NCBI GenBank assembly: GCA_049696975.1 | Contig: JBAVUW010000134.1 | Span: forward strand, 841-64,840 | Length of the DNA: 64,000 nucleotides | Source of the DNA: Candidatus Acidiferrales bacterium | GTDB taxonomy: Bacteria; Acidobacteriota; Terriglobia; Acidiferrales; UBA7541 | Direction of reading: 5' to 3' | The notes under the pieces: generated by a model | What the model was told of the DNA's origin: nothing | Database searches by the model: none | Seen by the model: the letters and a program-made list of their open reading frames with translations, nothing else | Position numbers and translations under genes: made by a program | In this document: positions 43,926 to 53,151 of the stretch, in pieces | Layout: each line of letters begins with the position of its first letter | How positions within the stretch are numbered: the first letter of the stretch is position 1

Positions 43926-45872
43926 TTAAAAACTATTTTGTGCCGGTGCTTTTGCGCGCGCGATCGCGTGCAGATCGTTGTCGTGAATGTTTGTCGCTGA
44001 AAATGTTACAGCGCGTTGACGGTGTGGGCGGATCGACCTCGTAGCGGCGGGGTTTCCGCAGAGCCGAGGATTGGCGGCGGACGAGCGCGGCTGTGAATTC
44101 GCGGCGCGACTGGCCGGCTCCACGCGGATGAGTCCCATCATTCCGCCGTCCTCATGTTCGAGCAAATGGCAGTGATAAACGAAGGTTCCCACGACGTTCC
44201 GGTCGCGGAAATCCATACGCAGCTTCACGCCGGGATAGGACTTGCTCACGCCATCCCAGTAGGCGACGTTGATCGTGTCGCGCAGAAAAGGCTCGTCCAC
44301 CGGCACGCCGTTCCATTCGAGCAGCATGAAATGGATCTGATGAATGTGAAAAGCGTGTAACTCGCGCGAGCGGTTTTCGATGATCCAGTCTTCCACGTCG
44401 CCTTCTTTGGCGATGATGTTCGGTGTCTTGTCGCTGGGATCGAATCGCTTGGGCTTCTGGCCGTCCACGGTGATGTAAAAATCCGTGGGGCTGTTTGGAT
44501 CGGCCGGGTTTCTCGGCGCTTCGGAGAAATAGAGAGTCCGGGTTCTCACGGGCGTGACGTCGCCGAGCCAGACCGACGCAGGTTTGGGCCGAGGTGCGGG
44601 AGAGGCTTCGAGCGTGTGGTTCGTTTCCGGAGCATCGTTTGCCGCTACGATCGTAGCCAGCGTTCGCGTGGGATCGTTTTCACCGGCCGGCCCGGTGTCC
44701 ACCACACGTGTTCCAAAGCTGGCTGTGGTGCCCTCGGGAATTCCCTTGAGCACGAATTCGACACGTCCGGCGGGCGGCAGCAGGATGTGGCTCTCCCAGA
44801 GGACGCGATTCCCGGAGAGGCCGTTTTCATTGATCGGGTTCCCGTCCAGCGAGACGACACCCATCATTTGCGCCCTGTTGTTGGCCTTGAACTCGAGATC
44901 GAGATACGTGATGGCGGAGGCGTTGAGCACCCGCCAGAGCTGTTTTTCGGCGGGTTTTACGCGGATGACGGCAGGTTTGTATTCGGGGAACGATACCGGC
45001 ACGAAATTGATGGAGAGATCCTTCGCGGGCTTGCCGCCGTCCATTCCTGCGTTGAGGATGTCGCCTTCGGCGTCGAAGGTTACGACAGGCGTGGGCACGT
45101 TGGCGGTGGAGATCGCCTGTGCGTCGGGATGCTCGAGATCCTGATCGCGAACTACGAACACGCGCTCGGGCAGTCCAGCCAGTAGCGTATTGGCGCGCTC
45201 GATCCCCTCGACGATCAACGCACCGGAGGCTCCGCCCAGCACCTGCGCTTTCGTGAATCCGTGAATGTGAGGGTGATACCAGTACAGGCCGGGTGGTTCG
45301 TCCGCCGGAACACGGAACCGGTATTCGAACGGTTGGGCGCCCGGCTCGATCAGGGTGTTCAGCACGTCGTCCTGATGGCAGACGGGCGGCACATCGAGAC
45401 CGTGGAAATGGATGTTGGTGGCGGCGGCTGTCATTTCCGAGCCGGCGCAATCGCCGGTCATGGACATCGGGTGCGTGCCGGCCCTGGCCAGGCGCGGGCC
45501 GCGGGCGCCCCCGGCGTTTGATTGCAGCGACGAAGGAGGGTCGGCGGGAATTTCGTTTTTCAGGCGCAGTATCAGCAGGTCGCCAGGTTTTACGCGCAGG
45601 GTGGGCGCTTCGCCGCCGTCCGGCGCGAGGTAGCAATAGCGCGTCGCGCCGTTCGCTTCCACGCTCTTGCGATAGAGGAGCTCCACATCCAGCACGCCAT
45701 TGTGCGAACGCAGGTCTTCGGGTTCGGCAACCGTGCTGCCGGCGGCCGGTCTCGAACAGTCGGGCGCGGGTGCCTGTTGTTGCCCGAATGCAGGCGCGAG
45801 GGAAGCGATGAGGGCAGCGCTTACGGCGATCCATTTCGCGATCTTCGGCGGCCAAACGGATGAAAAATCCAC
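43926..45872 (-). CDS. multicopper oxidase
   Basis: Copper-site motifs HFHG, WYHPHIHG and HCHLLEHEDGGMMG, plus an N-terminal signal. Confidence 0.82.
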   Translation of the reverse strand: MDFSSVWPPKIAKWIAVSAALIASLAPAFGQQQAPAPDCSRPAAGSTVAEPEDLRSHNGVLDVELLYRKSVEANGATRYCYLAPDGGEAPTLRVKPGDLLILRLKNEIPADPPSSLQSNAGGARGPRLARAGTHPMSMTGDCAGSEMTAAATNIHFHGLDVPPVCHQDDVLNTLIEPGAQPFEYRFRVPADEPPGLYWYHPHIHGFTKAQVLGGASGALIVEGIERANTLLAGLPERVFVVRDQDLEHPDAQAISTANVPTPVVTFDAEGDILNAGMDGGKPAKDLSINFVPVSFPEYKPAVIRVKPAEKQLWRVLNASAITYLDLEFKANNRAQMMGVVSLDGNPINENGLSGNRVLWESHILLPPAGRVEFVLKGIPEGTTASFGTRVVDTGPAGENDPTRTLATIVAANDAPETNHTLEASPAPRPKPASVWLGDVTPVRTRTLYFSEAPRNPADPNSPTDFYITVDGQKPKRFDPSDKTPNIIAKEGDVEDWIIENRSRELHAFHIHQIHFMLLEWNGVPVDEPFLRDTINVAYWDGVSKSYPGVKLRMDFRDRNVVGTFVYHCHLLEHEDGGMMGLIRVEPASRAANSQPRSSAANPRLCGNPAATRSIRPHRQRAVTFSATNIHDNDLHAIARAKAPAQNSF

Positions 45873-46313
45873 GGCGTGCCTCTGTCACATTTCTTGGAGT
45901 AACCCATTCTGATGAGGATCAGGTGAAGAGCGGTGAATGTCCGATGAACGTTTGTTAACAGGTCGACGCACCCAGGACAGCGCGTCGGCCGCCGCTCGCC
46001 AAGCGCAATCTCATCGGCCATTCGCCGGCCGAACAGACTTCGATTTCAATCTTGTGTCTGATCCGAATCGGGACTTCGATCGGCAGTTGATTCTCGATCC
46101 TTCGAGCGGGGAACCGGTGGAGCGCGGTCGCTAGCGCTCGCCGCTCAGGGACTTGCGCACCCGCGAATGGGAGCTGGCCCGCTCGCCCGGAGGCATAAGG
46201 CCAGCATCCAGGGCGCTCGCCGCGTGTCTTGCCTGTTTTTTGCGCTGCTGCTAGACTGTCGCAGCAAGGGTTGAAGTACCGCTCCTGCCACACTCCCTGT
46301 AAAAGGTCTATTC

Positions 46314-47066
46314 ATGTCTGGACACTCGAAATGGGCCACGATCAAGCACAAAAAAGCGGCGACCGATGCGCGCCGCGGCAAGATTTTCACCAAGCTCATT
46401 CGAGAATTGACCATCGCTACGCGCACCGGCGGAGCTGATCCGGTCACGAATCCTCGTCTGCGAACCGCGATCCTGACGGCCAAGGGCGAAAACATGCCCA
46501 ACGACAACATCGAGCGCGCCATCCAGCGCGGCGCCGGGACTCTGGAGGGCGAAACGCTGGACGAGGTGACGTTTGAGGGCTATGGCCCGGGCGGAGTCGG
46601 CGTGCTGGTCCAGGTGGTCACCAACAACCGCAATCGCATCGTCAGCGAAGTTCGCCACATGTTCTCGAAAAACGGCGGCAACATGGCCGAAACCGGCGCG
46701 GTCGGCTGGATGTTCGAGCGCAAGGGCGACATCGTGGTACCCAAGGAACAGGCGGACGAAGAGAAAATGATGGGCCTCGTGCTGGATGCCGGCGCCGACG
46801 ACCTGCAGGACGATGGGGCCGCGTGGGAAGTAAAGACTCCGCCGGAGGCCCTGGAAAAGGTCCGCGAGGCGCTCCAGGCGGCGGGAATCACGCCGTCCTC
46901 AGCAGAGGTCGCCTGGGTGCCCAAGAATTACGTGAAGCTCACCGGGGCGCAGGCGCAACAGATGCTGCGCATGGTGGAGACGCTGGAAGATCACGACGAC
47001 GTGCAGCACGTCTACGCCAACTTCGACGTGGATGAGAAGGAAATCCAGGCCGCCATGGCGGGGTAG
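46314..47066 (+). CDS. YebC/PmpR family DNA-binding transcriptional regulator
   Basis: MSGHSKWATIKHKKAATDARRGKIFTKL N-terminus. Length 250 aa. Confidence 0.92.
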   Translation: MSGHSKWATIKHKKAATDARRGKIFTKLIRELTIATRTGGADPVTNPRLRTAILTAKGENMPNDNIERAIQRGAGTLEGETLDEVTFEGYGPGGVGVLVQVVTNNRNRIVSEVRHMFSKNGGNMAETGAVGWMFERKGDIVVPKEQADEEKMMGLVLDAGADDLQDDGAAWEVKTPPEALEKVREALQAAGITPSSAEVAWVPKNYVKLTGAQAQQMLRMVETLEDHDDVQHVYANFDVDEKEIQAAMAG

Positions 47067-47187
47067 CCGTTTGCATCGCGCCGCGCGGCTTCGAGAAAAC
47101 ACTTCCCTCCGGTTCCGGCCCGCACGTACACTTGTGCCCGTCGCCATGGCATCCCCTTCGGCTTATACGGGTTTCGATCGTCGGAAG

Positions 47188-47760
47188 ATGCGCGTGCTCG
47201 GCGTCGATCCATCCGTTGCGGGCGCCACAGGCTACGGCGTCATTGAAACCGACGGCAAGCACGCGCAGCTGATGCGTTTTGGAGCGATCCGTCTGCCGGC
47301 GCGCGCGACGTTTGCCGTGCGCCTGCGCGAAATTCACTTCCTCATCACGGGCCTCGTCCAGGAGTTTGCTCCGGATGCAGTCGCGGTCGAGTCCGTGTTT
47401 ACTTCTCTGAATATGGCCACGGCCCTGAAGCTGGCCGAGATGCGCGGCGTGGTCCTGCTCGCTGCGGCCCAGGCGCACATACCGGCGCACAGTTATTCGC
47501 CCCGTGAAGTGAAGGCCAGTGTGGCCGGATATGGGGCCGCTTCCAAGCAACAGATTCAGCTGATGGTGAAATCCCTGCTCGATCTTTCCGAGGTTCCCGA
47601 GCCCGCCGATGCTTCCGATGCTCTGGCCGTGGCGCTCTGTCACGCCCAGGCTTCGCGCGCGCGGGCGCGCCTGGCGCTGGCGGTCGATAACCTTCGTGTA
47701 GCCGGGGAAGCGGGCGGTAGTTCCCGTGGCCCGCGCATCCTCATTCCTCCAGGAAGATGA
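47188..47760 (+). CDS. ruvC: crossover junction endodeoxyribonuclease RuvC
   Basis: MRVLGVDPS...GYGVIE, an E in VAVESVF, and a C-terminal DASDALAVALCH motif. Start at ATG 47188; 47146 is also possible. Confidence 0.88.
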   Translation: MRVLGVDPSVAGATGYGVIETDGKHAQLMRFGAIRLPARATFAVRLREIHFLITGLVQEFAPDAVAVESVFTSLNMATALKLAEMRGVVLLAAAQAHIPAHSYSPREVKASVAGYGAASKQQIQLMVKSLLDLSEVPEPADASDALAVALCHAQASRARARLALAVDNLRVAGEAGGSSRGPRILIPPGR

Positions 47761-48440
47761 AGTCCTCGACTCCTCATCGGTGTCTGCCGGCTCTGGCGCT
47801 TTGCGCCTGCTTTGTTGCGGGGATGACGTGCGCGCGTGGCGCCGTCGCCGCTTCCGCCTCGCCCGGCGCGCAGGCCACGGTCACGTTCCGCAAAGTGTTT
47901 AAGTCGAGCTATCCGGAATACGTCGAGATTCGGGTGACGGACGCGGGCGCGGGAACTTTCGATATTCGCCAGCTTAACGAGGAATCCAACCCGCACACCC
48001 TCCATCTGAATGCGCCGCTGGTGCAGTCGATATTCGATCTTGCCGCGAAGCTGCACAATTTCGACGGCGTGGACCTGGAAATTCACCGGCGAATCGCGAA
48101 TCTGGGCGAGAAGACGTTCGGCTACGACCGCGGCGGCGAATCGCACAGCGTGACCTTCAATTACACGCTCAACCATGAAGCCCTGCAGCTGCTGACGATT
48201 TTTGAGGGGCTGGCCCGCCAACAGACCGATCTTTCCGATCTCGACCGCACCATGCGCTACGACCCGCTGGGCGTCAACGACGTGCTGATGCAGCTGCAAA
48301 AGGACCTCGACAACAAGGCGGTCCCCGAACCGGCGCAGTTCCTGCCCCTGCTCGACCGGCTGGCTGCGGACCAGCACTTCATCGACATCGCCCGCGCCCG
48401 CGCCCGCAAACTCGCTATCCGAATCCGCTCTTCGAGCTAG
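47757..48440 (+). CDS. hypothetical secreted protein
   Basis: Signal-like N-terminus. ATG overlaps the ruvC stop (ATGA). I recognise no family. Confidence 0.4.
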   Translation: MKSSTPHRCLPALALCACFVAGMTCARGAVAASASPGAQATVTFRKVFKSSYPEYVEIRVTDAGAGTFDIRQLNEESNPHTLHLNAPLVQSIFDLAAKLHNFDGVDLEIHRRIANLGEKTFGYDRGGESHSVTFNYTLNHEALQLLTIFEGLARQQTDLSDLDRTMRYDPLGVNDVLMQLQKDLDNKAVPEPAQFLPLLDRLAADQHFIDIARARARKLAIRIRSSS

Positions 48441-48692
48441 TTCGGTTTGACTACGACGGACGCGGCTTCCACCACGTCATCGCTGCGGGTTACGCCCGTG
48501 CTCGTTTCCCGGGGGTTATTAGTAATGCAATTTTCGTGACAAGGCCATCCATCCCGCACGCTACCTGATAGCATCTCACCTGTCCGAATCACGCGACATC
48601 CACCAACTGGAAGGTAACTGAGCACGGATCGCGCCGGCCAGCGCCCTGCAATTCTTCCGGAACTTTTATCGCGTCGGACAGGAATAACGACT

Positions 48693-51371
48693 ATGCCACT
48701 CAAATTTAGGTTGCAGACCCTGCTGTCTGTATTACTCGGATTTCTGGCACTTCTGCCCGCCGGAGCCTTCGCGCAGACGGCGGATTCACAGTCGCGTATC
48801 ACCCAGCAAGTCAATGAGTCGCAGCGGACGGTGCTGTCGGGCAACACCCACCCGCTCGCGCAGGCGAAGTACGACAAAGGCGTGGTGTCGGCGAGCTTGC
48901 CGCTCGATCGCATGTCGCTGGTATTGAAGCGGAGCCCCGCGCAGGAGGTGGCGCTGCAAACGCTGCTCGCGCAGCAGCAGGACAAGAATTCGCCGAATTA
49001 CCACAAATGGCTCACGGCCGCGCAGTTCGGCCAGCTTTTTGGGCCTTCGGAACAGGACATTCAGAAAGTTACGGCGTGGCTAACGACCCACGGTTTTATC
49101 GTCGACCAGGTTGCCACCGGCCGCCAATTCATTCAGTTTTCAGGAACCGCCGGCGAGGTGGAGGAAGCTTTCAAAGCGCCGCTTCACAACCTCAGCGTCA
49201 ATGGCAAGCCGCACATCGCGAACATGACGGATCCGTCGATCCCCACTGCGCTCGCATCGGTAGTGGGAGGCGTCCGCTCGCTTCACGACTTCTTTCCCAA
49301 GGCGCAAAATCACGCAAAAGTCGGCACCCGGGCGCGACCAACTTCCGCCGCCAGTGTAAAGCCGAAATTCACGTTTCCTTCCGGGGGTACCGGCGGTTGC
49401 AACGTGCTGGGCTCGAACAATTGCTTTGGGATCGGCCCTGCCGATTTGGCCACGATCTACAGCATTCCCACCACAGTGGATGGCACTGGCGTGACCATCG
49501 ACATCATGGCCGACAGCAACATTAACCTGGCGGACGTCTCGGATTTTCAGTCCCAGTTCGGGCTTCCGATGAAGGCTCCAACGGTAATTGTTCCGCCCGG
49601 GAGCTCCAATCCGGGTTTGCTGGCCGGTCCGGCCGGTGATGAGATCGAAGCAATTTTGGACGTGGAGTGGGCCGGCGCCGTGGCGCACAACGCCACCATC
49701 AACCTCATCGTTTCCAAATCAAGCAACACCACGTTCGGTGGTGATCTCGACGCCGAATACGTGGTTGACCTCAACAGTCCCCCGCCGATCCTGAGCGAGA
49801 GCTTTGGGGAATGCGAGCTTGGCTTGGGGACTTCGGGGAACACGTTCTACAACAACCTGTGGACTCAGGGCGCGGCCGAAGGGATTACGATCATCATTTC
49901 CTCTGGCGACAATGGCTCGGCCGGCTGCGATGTGCAGCAGGTGGACAACTCGACTCCTACGGGAGCTGCTCAGCTGGGCCTTGCCGTCAACGGGGTTGCG
50001 TCGACGGGTGCTAACGTCGCCGTGGGGGGCACTGACTTCAACGATCTAACCAACCCCTTGACGTACTGGGCTGTGGGTAACAATCCGGTTACGTTGGCCT
50101 CGGCGCTTTCCTACATTCCCGAATCGACGTGGAATGACTCCTGCACGAATGCAGTCTTCATCAATGAGTTTAACGGTCAGTTTGGGAATGACGCCCAAAC
50201 CGTTTGCAACAACGCTACGATTGTGGGCGCCGGGTTGGATCTGCCTGTCGGGGGCTCCGGCGGCAAGAGTGCCTGCACGACCTCCGATGGCTCCAACCCA
50301 TCCAGTTGCGGCGGCGGAAATACCAAACCTACCTTCCAGAATGGCGTTACCACGGACACCACGCGCGATATCCCGGACATCTCTCTGTTCGCCGGTGACG
50401 GAGAAATCGCGGCGAGCTTCTACATTGTCTGCGAACGAGATTTTAGCGGGGATGGCGGCGCCGCTTGTAACCTGGATCCGAACGTCGGTCCGTTCCTCGA
50501 GGTGGGCGGAACCTCCGTCTCAACCCAGGTGTTTGCCGGCGTGATGGCACTCGTCATTCAGAACAACGCTCTCGGGCGGCAGGGCAATCCCGATACCGTT
50601 TTGTACTCGCTGGCGAAGGCGGAATTTGCGGCCAATTGCAACACGAACAATCCTCAGCCTCATAGCACGTGCGTGTTTAATGACGTCACGACCGGGACGA
50701 TCGCAATGCCGTGCGTCACGAGTTCACCCCAGTGCACCACAAACGCCTCAGTGGTGCCGCCGGCTGTGCGCGTGAACCGGCCAACACCGACGACGCTGGT
50801 TACGCTTGTTTGTGCACTCGGCGTCGGTCTGATGCTGATCTGCTTCCGCGGACGCTCGCACGCCTGGACTACGGCGTTGGTGTTTCTCGCGGCGGTCGCG
50901 TTTACGGCGAATGCCGGCTGCGGTGGTGGCGGCAATGGCGGAGGCGTTGGCGGGGGCGGTGGTGGCACTCCGGCCATTGGTCTCCAGAACGGCTACAGCG
51001 CGAGCACGGGCTATGATTTGGCTACCGGCCTCGGCTCGGTCAATGTCGAGAATCTGATCGCGGCGCATGGATTCGCCGCGGCTCCCGATGTCAACCCTCC
51101 GCCGACGACTCCGGTCGCTCCCGCGCTGTTGCGGCAGATGGATGTTCGCGATTGGCAGCCGGCCGTGCGGGCGATTGCCATCACGTTCGTTTTCTGTCTT
51201 GGCATCGTCCTTTTGGGCTTCCGGCAGCGATCGCGCCGGTTGAATGCGGCGATGGTCCTTACGGCCATCGCGCTGCTGACGTTGACGGCGGGGATCGCGC
51301 GCTTCCATGGGTACGCACCCCACGCTGCACGGCCGGCCGAGTCCTTAAGGTTTGCACTCACTCGGCGTTAG
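48693..51371 (+). CDS. S53 (sedolisin/kumamolisin-like) serine peptidase with pro-domain and unusual membrane/poly-Gly C-terminal modules
   Basis: Signal peptide, pro-kumamolisin activation domain, catalytic region with LDVEW (Glu) and GGTS (Ser), a DLATGLGS Ca-site-like motif, and four hydrophobic segments near the C-terminus. Confidence 0.75.
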   Translation: MPLKFRLQTLLSVLLGFLALLPAGAFAQTADSQSRITQQVNESQRTVLSGNTHPLAQAKYDKGVVSASLPLDRMSLVLKRSPAQEVALQTLLAQQQDKNSPNYHKWLTAAQFGQLFGPSEQDIQKVTAWLTTHGFIVDQVATGRQFIQFSGTAGEVEEAFKAPLHNLSVNGKPHIANMTDPSIPTALASVVGGVRSLHDFFPKAQNHAKVGTRARPTSAASVKPKFTFPSGGTGGCNVLGSNNCFGIGPADLATIYSIPTTVDGTGVTIDIMADSNINLADVSDFQSQFGLPMKAPTVIVPPGSSNPGLLAGPAGDEIEAILDVEWAGAVAHNATINLIVSKSSNTTFGGDLDAEYVVDLNSPPPILSESFGECELGLGTSGNTFYNNLWTQGAAEGITIIISSGDNGSAGCDVQQVDNSTPTGAAQLGLAVNGVASTGANVAVGGTDFNDLTNPLTYWAVGNNPVTLASALSYIPESTWNDSCTNAVFINEFNGQFGNDAQTVCNNATIVGAGLDLPVGGSGGKSACTTSDGSNPSSCGGGNTKPTFQNGVTTDTTRDIPDISLFAGDGEIAASFYIVCERDFSGDGGAACNLDPNVGPFLEVGGTSVSTQVFAGVMALVIQNNALGRQGNPDTVLYSLAKAEFAANCNTNNPQPHSTCVFNDVTTGTIAMPCVTSSPQCTTNASVVPPAVRVNRPTPTTLVTLVCALGVGLMLICFRGRSHAWTTALVFLAAVAFTANAGCGGGGNGGGVGGGGGGTPAIGLQNGYSASTGYDLATGLGSVNVENLIAAHGFAAAPDVNPPPTTPVAPALLRQMDVRDWQPAVRAIAITFVFCLGIVLLGFRQRSRRLNAAMVLTAIALLTLTAGIARFHGYAPHAARPAESLRFALTRR

Positions 51372-51389
51372 GCCGTTGCGCGTACGGCA

Positions 51390-52196
51390 TTACGAGATGA
51401 CGATTCCGGCGTACCCGACGACTTGGTCGCGGTCGCCGGAAACGTCACCCGATGTTGCGTAACGGATCAGCTTCGCGTTGCTTGCCTCGAGCGCACGCAT
51501 GGTGACCAGCATGGCCACTGTCGCCGCGTAGCCGCACATCGTGATTCCTTCGTTGCGCACCGTATCGTAGAGCCCGCGCGGATCGAGAGCCAGCACCGGC
51601 GCGATGGCTCGCCCGTCTTTCACACGCGTGATTTCGTCGCTCTCGTAGTGGTTCATGTCCGAGCTGGCGATCACCAGCACCTGCTCGGCCTGCGAACGCA
51701 CCACCTCGGCAACCGCCTGGCCCAGATCCTCCATCACTTTGTAGCGATCCGTCGCCAGCACCACGGGCGCGATCCGCAAGCTGTCGCCAACGATCCACTG
51801 CAGAAAGGGAAGCTGCACTTCGAGCGAATGCTCGCGTGCGTGCGCTACGGCGTCTTCCCGCAACAGCGGGCACGCTCGTGCGAGCTGGGCCGCCAGCGGT
51901 GCATCGATCTGCACCTCGCCCAGCGGAGTGGAAAAGCTTCCGGCGGTCAGAATCGCCAGCGGTTGTCCCTGCGGATAGTGACGCGGGCCCAGCAGAATGC
52001 ATCGCGCAGGAATTTCGAGCGCCGCGTAAACCGCACCTGCCACGTGACCCGAGTACAGGTAGCCCGCGTGCGGTACGACGCATCCCCGCGCGCGTGTCTT
52101 CGCGGCTGGGACGCCAATCAAGTCGCCTACTTGTCCAGCGAGTTCCCGAGAATCGGATGGATAAAAACGGCCGGCAACGGCAGGCGGGCGAATCAT
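51390..52196 (-). CDS. MEMO1-family protein (AmmeMemoRadiSam system protein B)
   Basis: PAVAGRFYP, VPHAGYxYSG and SSDMNHY motifs. Length 268 aa. Confidence 0.8.
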   Translation of the reverse strand: MIRPPAVAGRFYPSDSRELAGQVGDLIGVPAAKTRARGCVVPHAGYLYSGHVAGAVYAALEIPARCILLGPRHYPQGQPLAILTAGSFSTPLGEVQIDAPLAAQLARACPLLREDAVAHAREHSLEVQLPFLQWIVGDSLRIAPVVLATDRYKVMEDLGQAVAEVVRSQAEQVLVIASSDMNHYESDEITRVKDGRAIAPVLALDPRGLYDTVRNEGITMCGYAATVAMLVTMRALEASNAKLIRYATSGDVSGDRDQVVGYAGIVIS

Positions 52197-52241
52197 GAGC
52201 CCTAGATTACCGCAGCGGGAAGAGGAAATCGAAAAACCGGG

Positions 52242-52703
52242 CTAGAGCGATTTCGAAGGCTTGCCGTGAACGCGCAGCGCCACGGTTTGCCCCGGCATCA
52301 TCAGGACACTGACTCTGTCGCCGTACTGAAAGCCGCCCTTGTCAAGCATTGCCTGCATTTTGGGCTGCAGGTCCGATGAGAAATTGAAGGTGTGAATGGC
52401 GTACGCATTCGCGCGCTCGCGTACGATCAGCGTTACGGCGTCGGCATGGATCACTTCCGCCTTGAGCCACTCCGAGCCCTCTGGCGTCGGGTGGCGCAGG
52501 GTCACGAGGTCGACAACCCGGGTAATCACCGGCGCGACCACGGTGCTGACCGCACTGGCTGGCGAGGCGGGCACCACCACCGGTACGGTGGTGGACTTGT
52601 TCGGCGTTACGAGGGTGACCGACTGCGCGCTCGCAGGCCCGGCGAAAACCGCCAGTACGGCGGCAACCGCGAAGGAAGCAGCAAAGATTTTATAGTTCTT
52701 CAT
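52242..52703 (-). CDS. hypothetical secreted protein
   Basis: Clear signal peptide (AVLAVFAGPASAQ). I recognise no family. Confidence 0.4.
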   Translation of the reverse strand: MKNYKIFAASFAVAAVLAVFAGPASAQSVTLVTPNKSTTVPVVVPASPASAVSTVVAPVITRVVDLVTLRHPTPEGSEWLKAEVIHADAVTLIVRERANAYAIHTFNFSSDLQPKMQAMLDKGGFQYGDRVSVLMMPGQTVALRVHGKPSKSL

Positions 52704-53028
52704 CGATCGATATCTTCAGTGACTTCAAGAACTTAATGTCCTGAGGCGTGATTTCCACTTTGGCCTCCGCATGCTCTTCCTCGAGCGCATCCTCATCCAC
52801 ACGGATGTGCAGCGACTCCAGGAAGCGCCGGTCCTGCGAGGTCATCTTGGCGTCTTGCGACGTGCGTCGCGCCAGCCCGATGGTCGCGTCCAACTTCAAC
52901 ACGATGTCGAACCCGGCTGCCCGCACTCCCGCAATGGCTTCCGCGATCCGCTCCGAATCCGACACCGTGTCGTTGATCGCGTGGCCCAGCTCTCGCAGCA
53001 ATTGCTTCATGCGGTCGTCGAGTTGCAA
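52690..53028 (-). CDS. hypothetical small acidic protein with internal repeat
   Basis: 112 aa. The motif xxQDxxFLxSLxIxxDE occurs twice in the C-terminal half. The ORF overlaps the downstream gene by 14 nt. Confidence 0.33.
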   Translation of the reverse strand: MQLDDRMKQLLRELGHAINDTVSDSERIAEAIAGVRAAGFDIVLKLDATIGLARRTSQDAKMTSQDRRFLESLHIRVDEDALEEEHAEAKVEITPQDIKFLKSLKISIDEEL

Positions 53029-53151
53029 GGGGGTAATACCTCCTTTGAACTCTATACCGCAATTTTAGGGCGCTGGCTAGCCCGGAAACAAGGCCTCCGT
53101 CGTAGAGGCTTTCGCCACGGTAACTCCCTGGCCGAGGCCTGTTCCGGGGGC

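Noticed and set aside
46221-46260. T-run followed by the hairpin TGCTGC-N9-GCAGCA upstream of yebC
   Set aside because: The T-tract precedes the stem on the plus strand and becomes an A-tract after the stem on the minus strand. The geometry is therefore wrong for a terminator in either direction.
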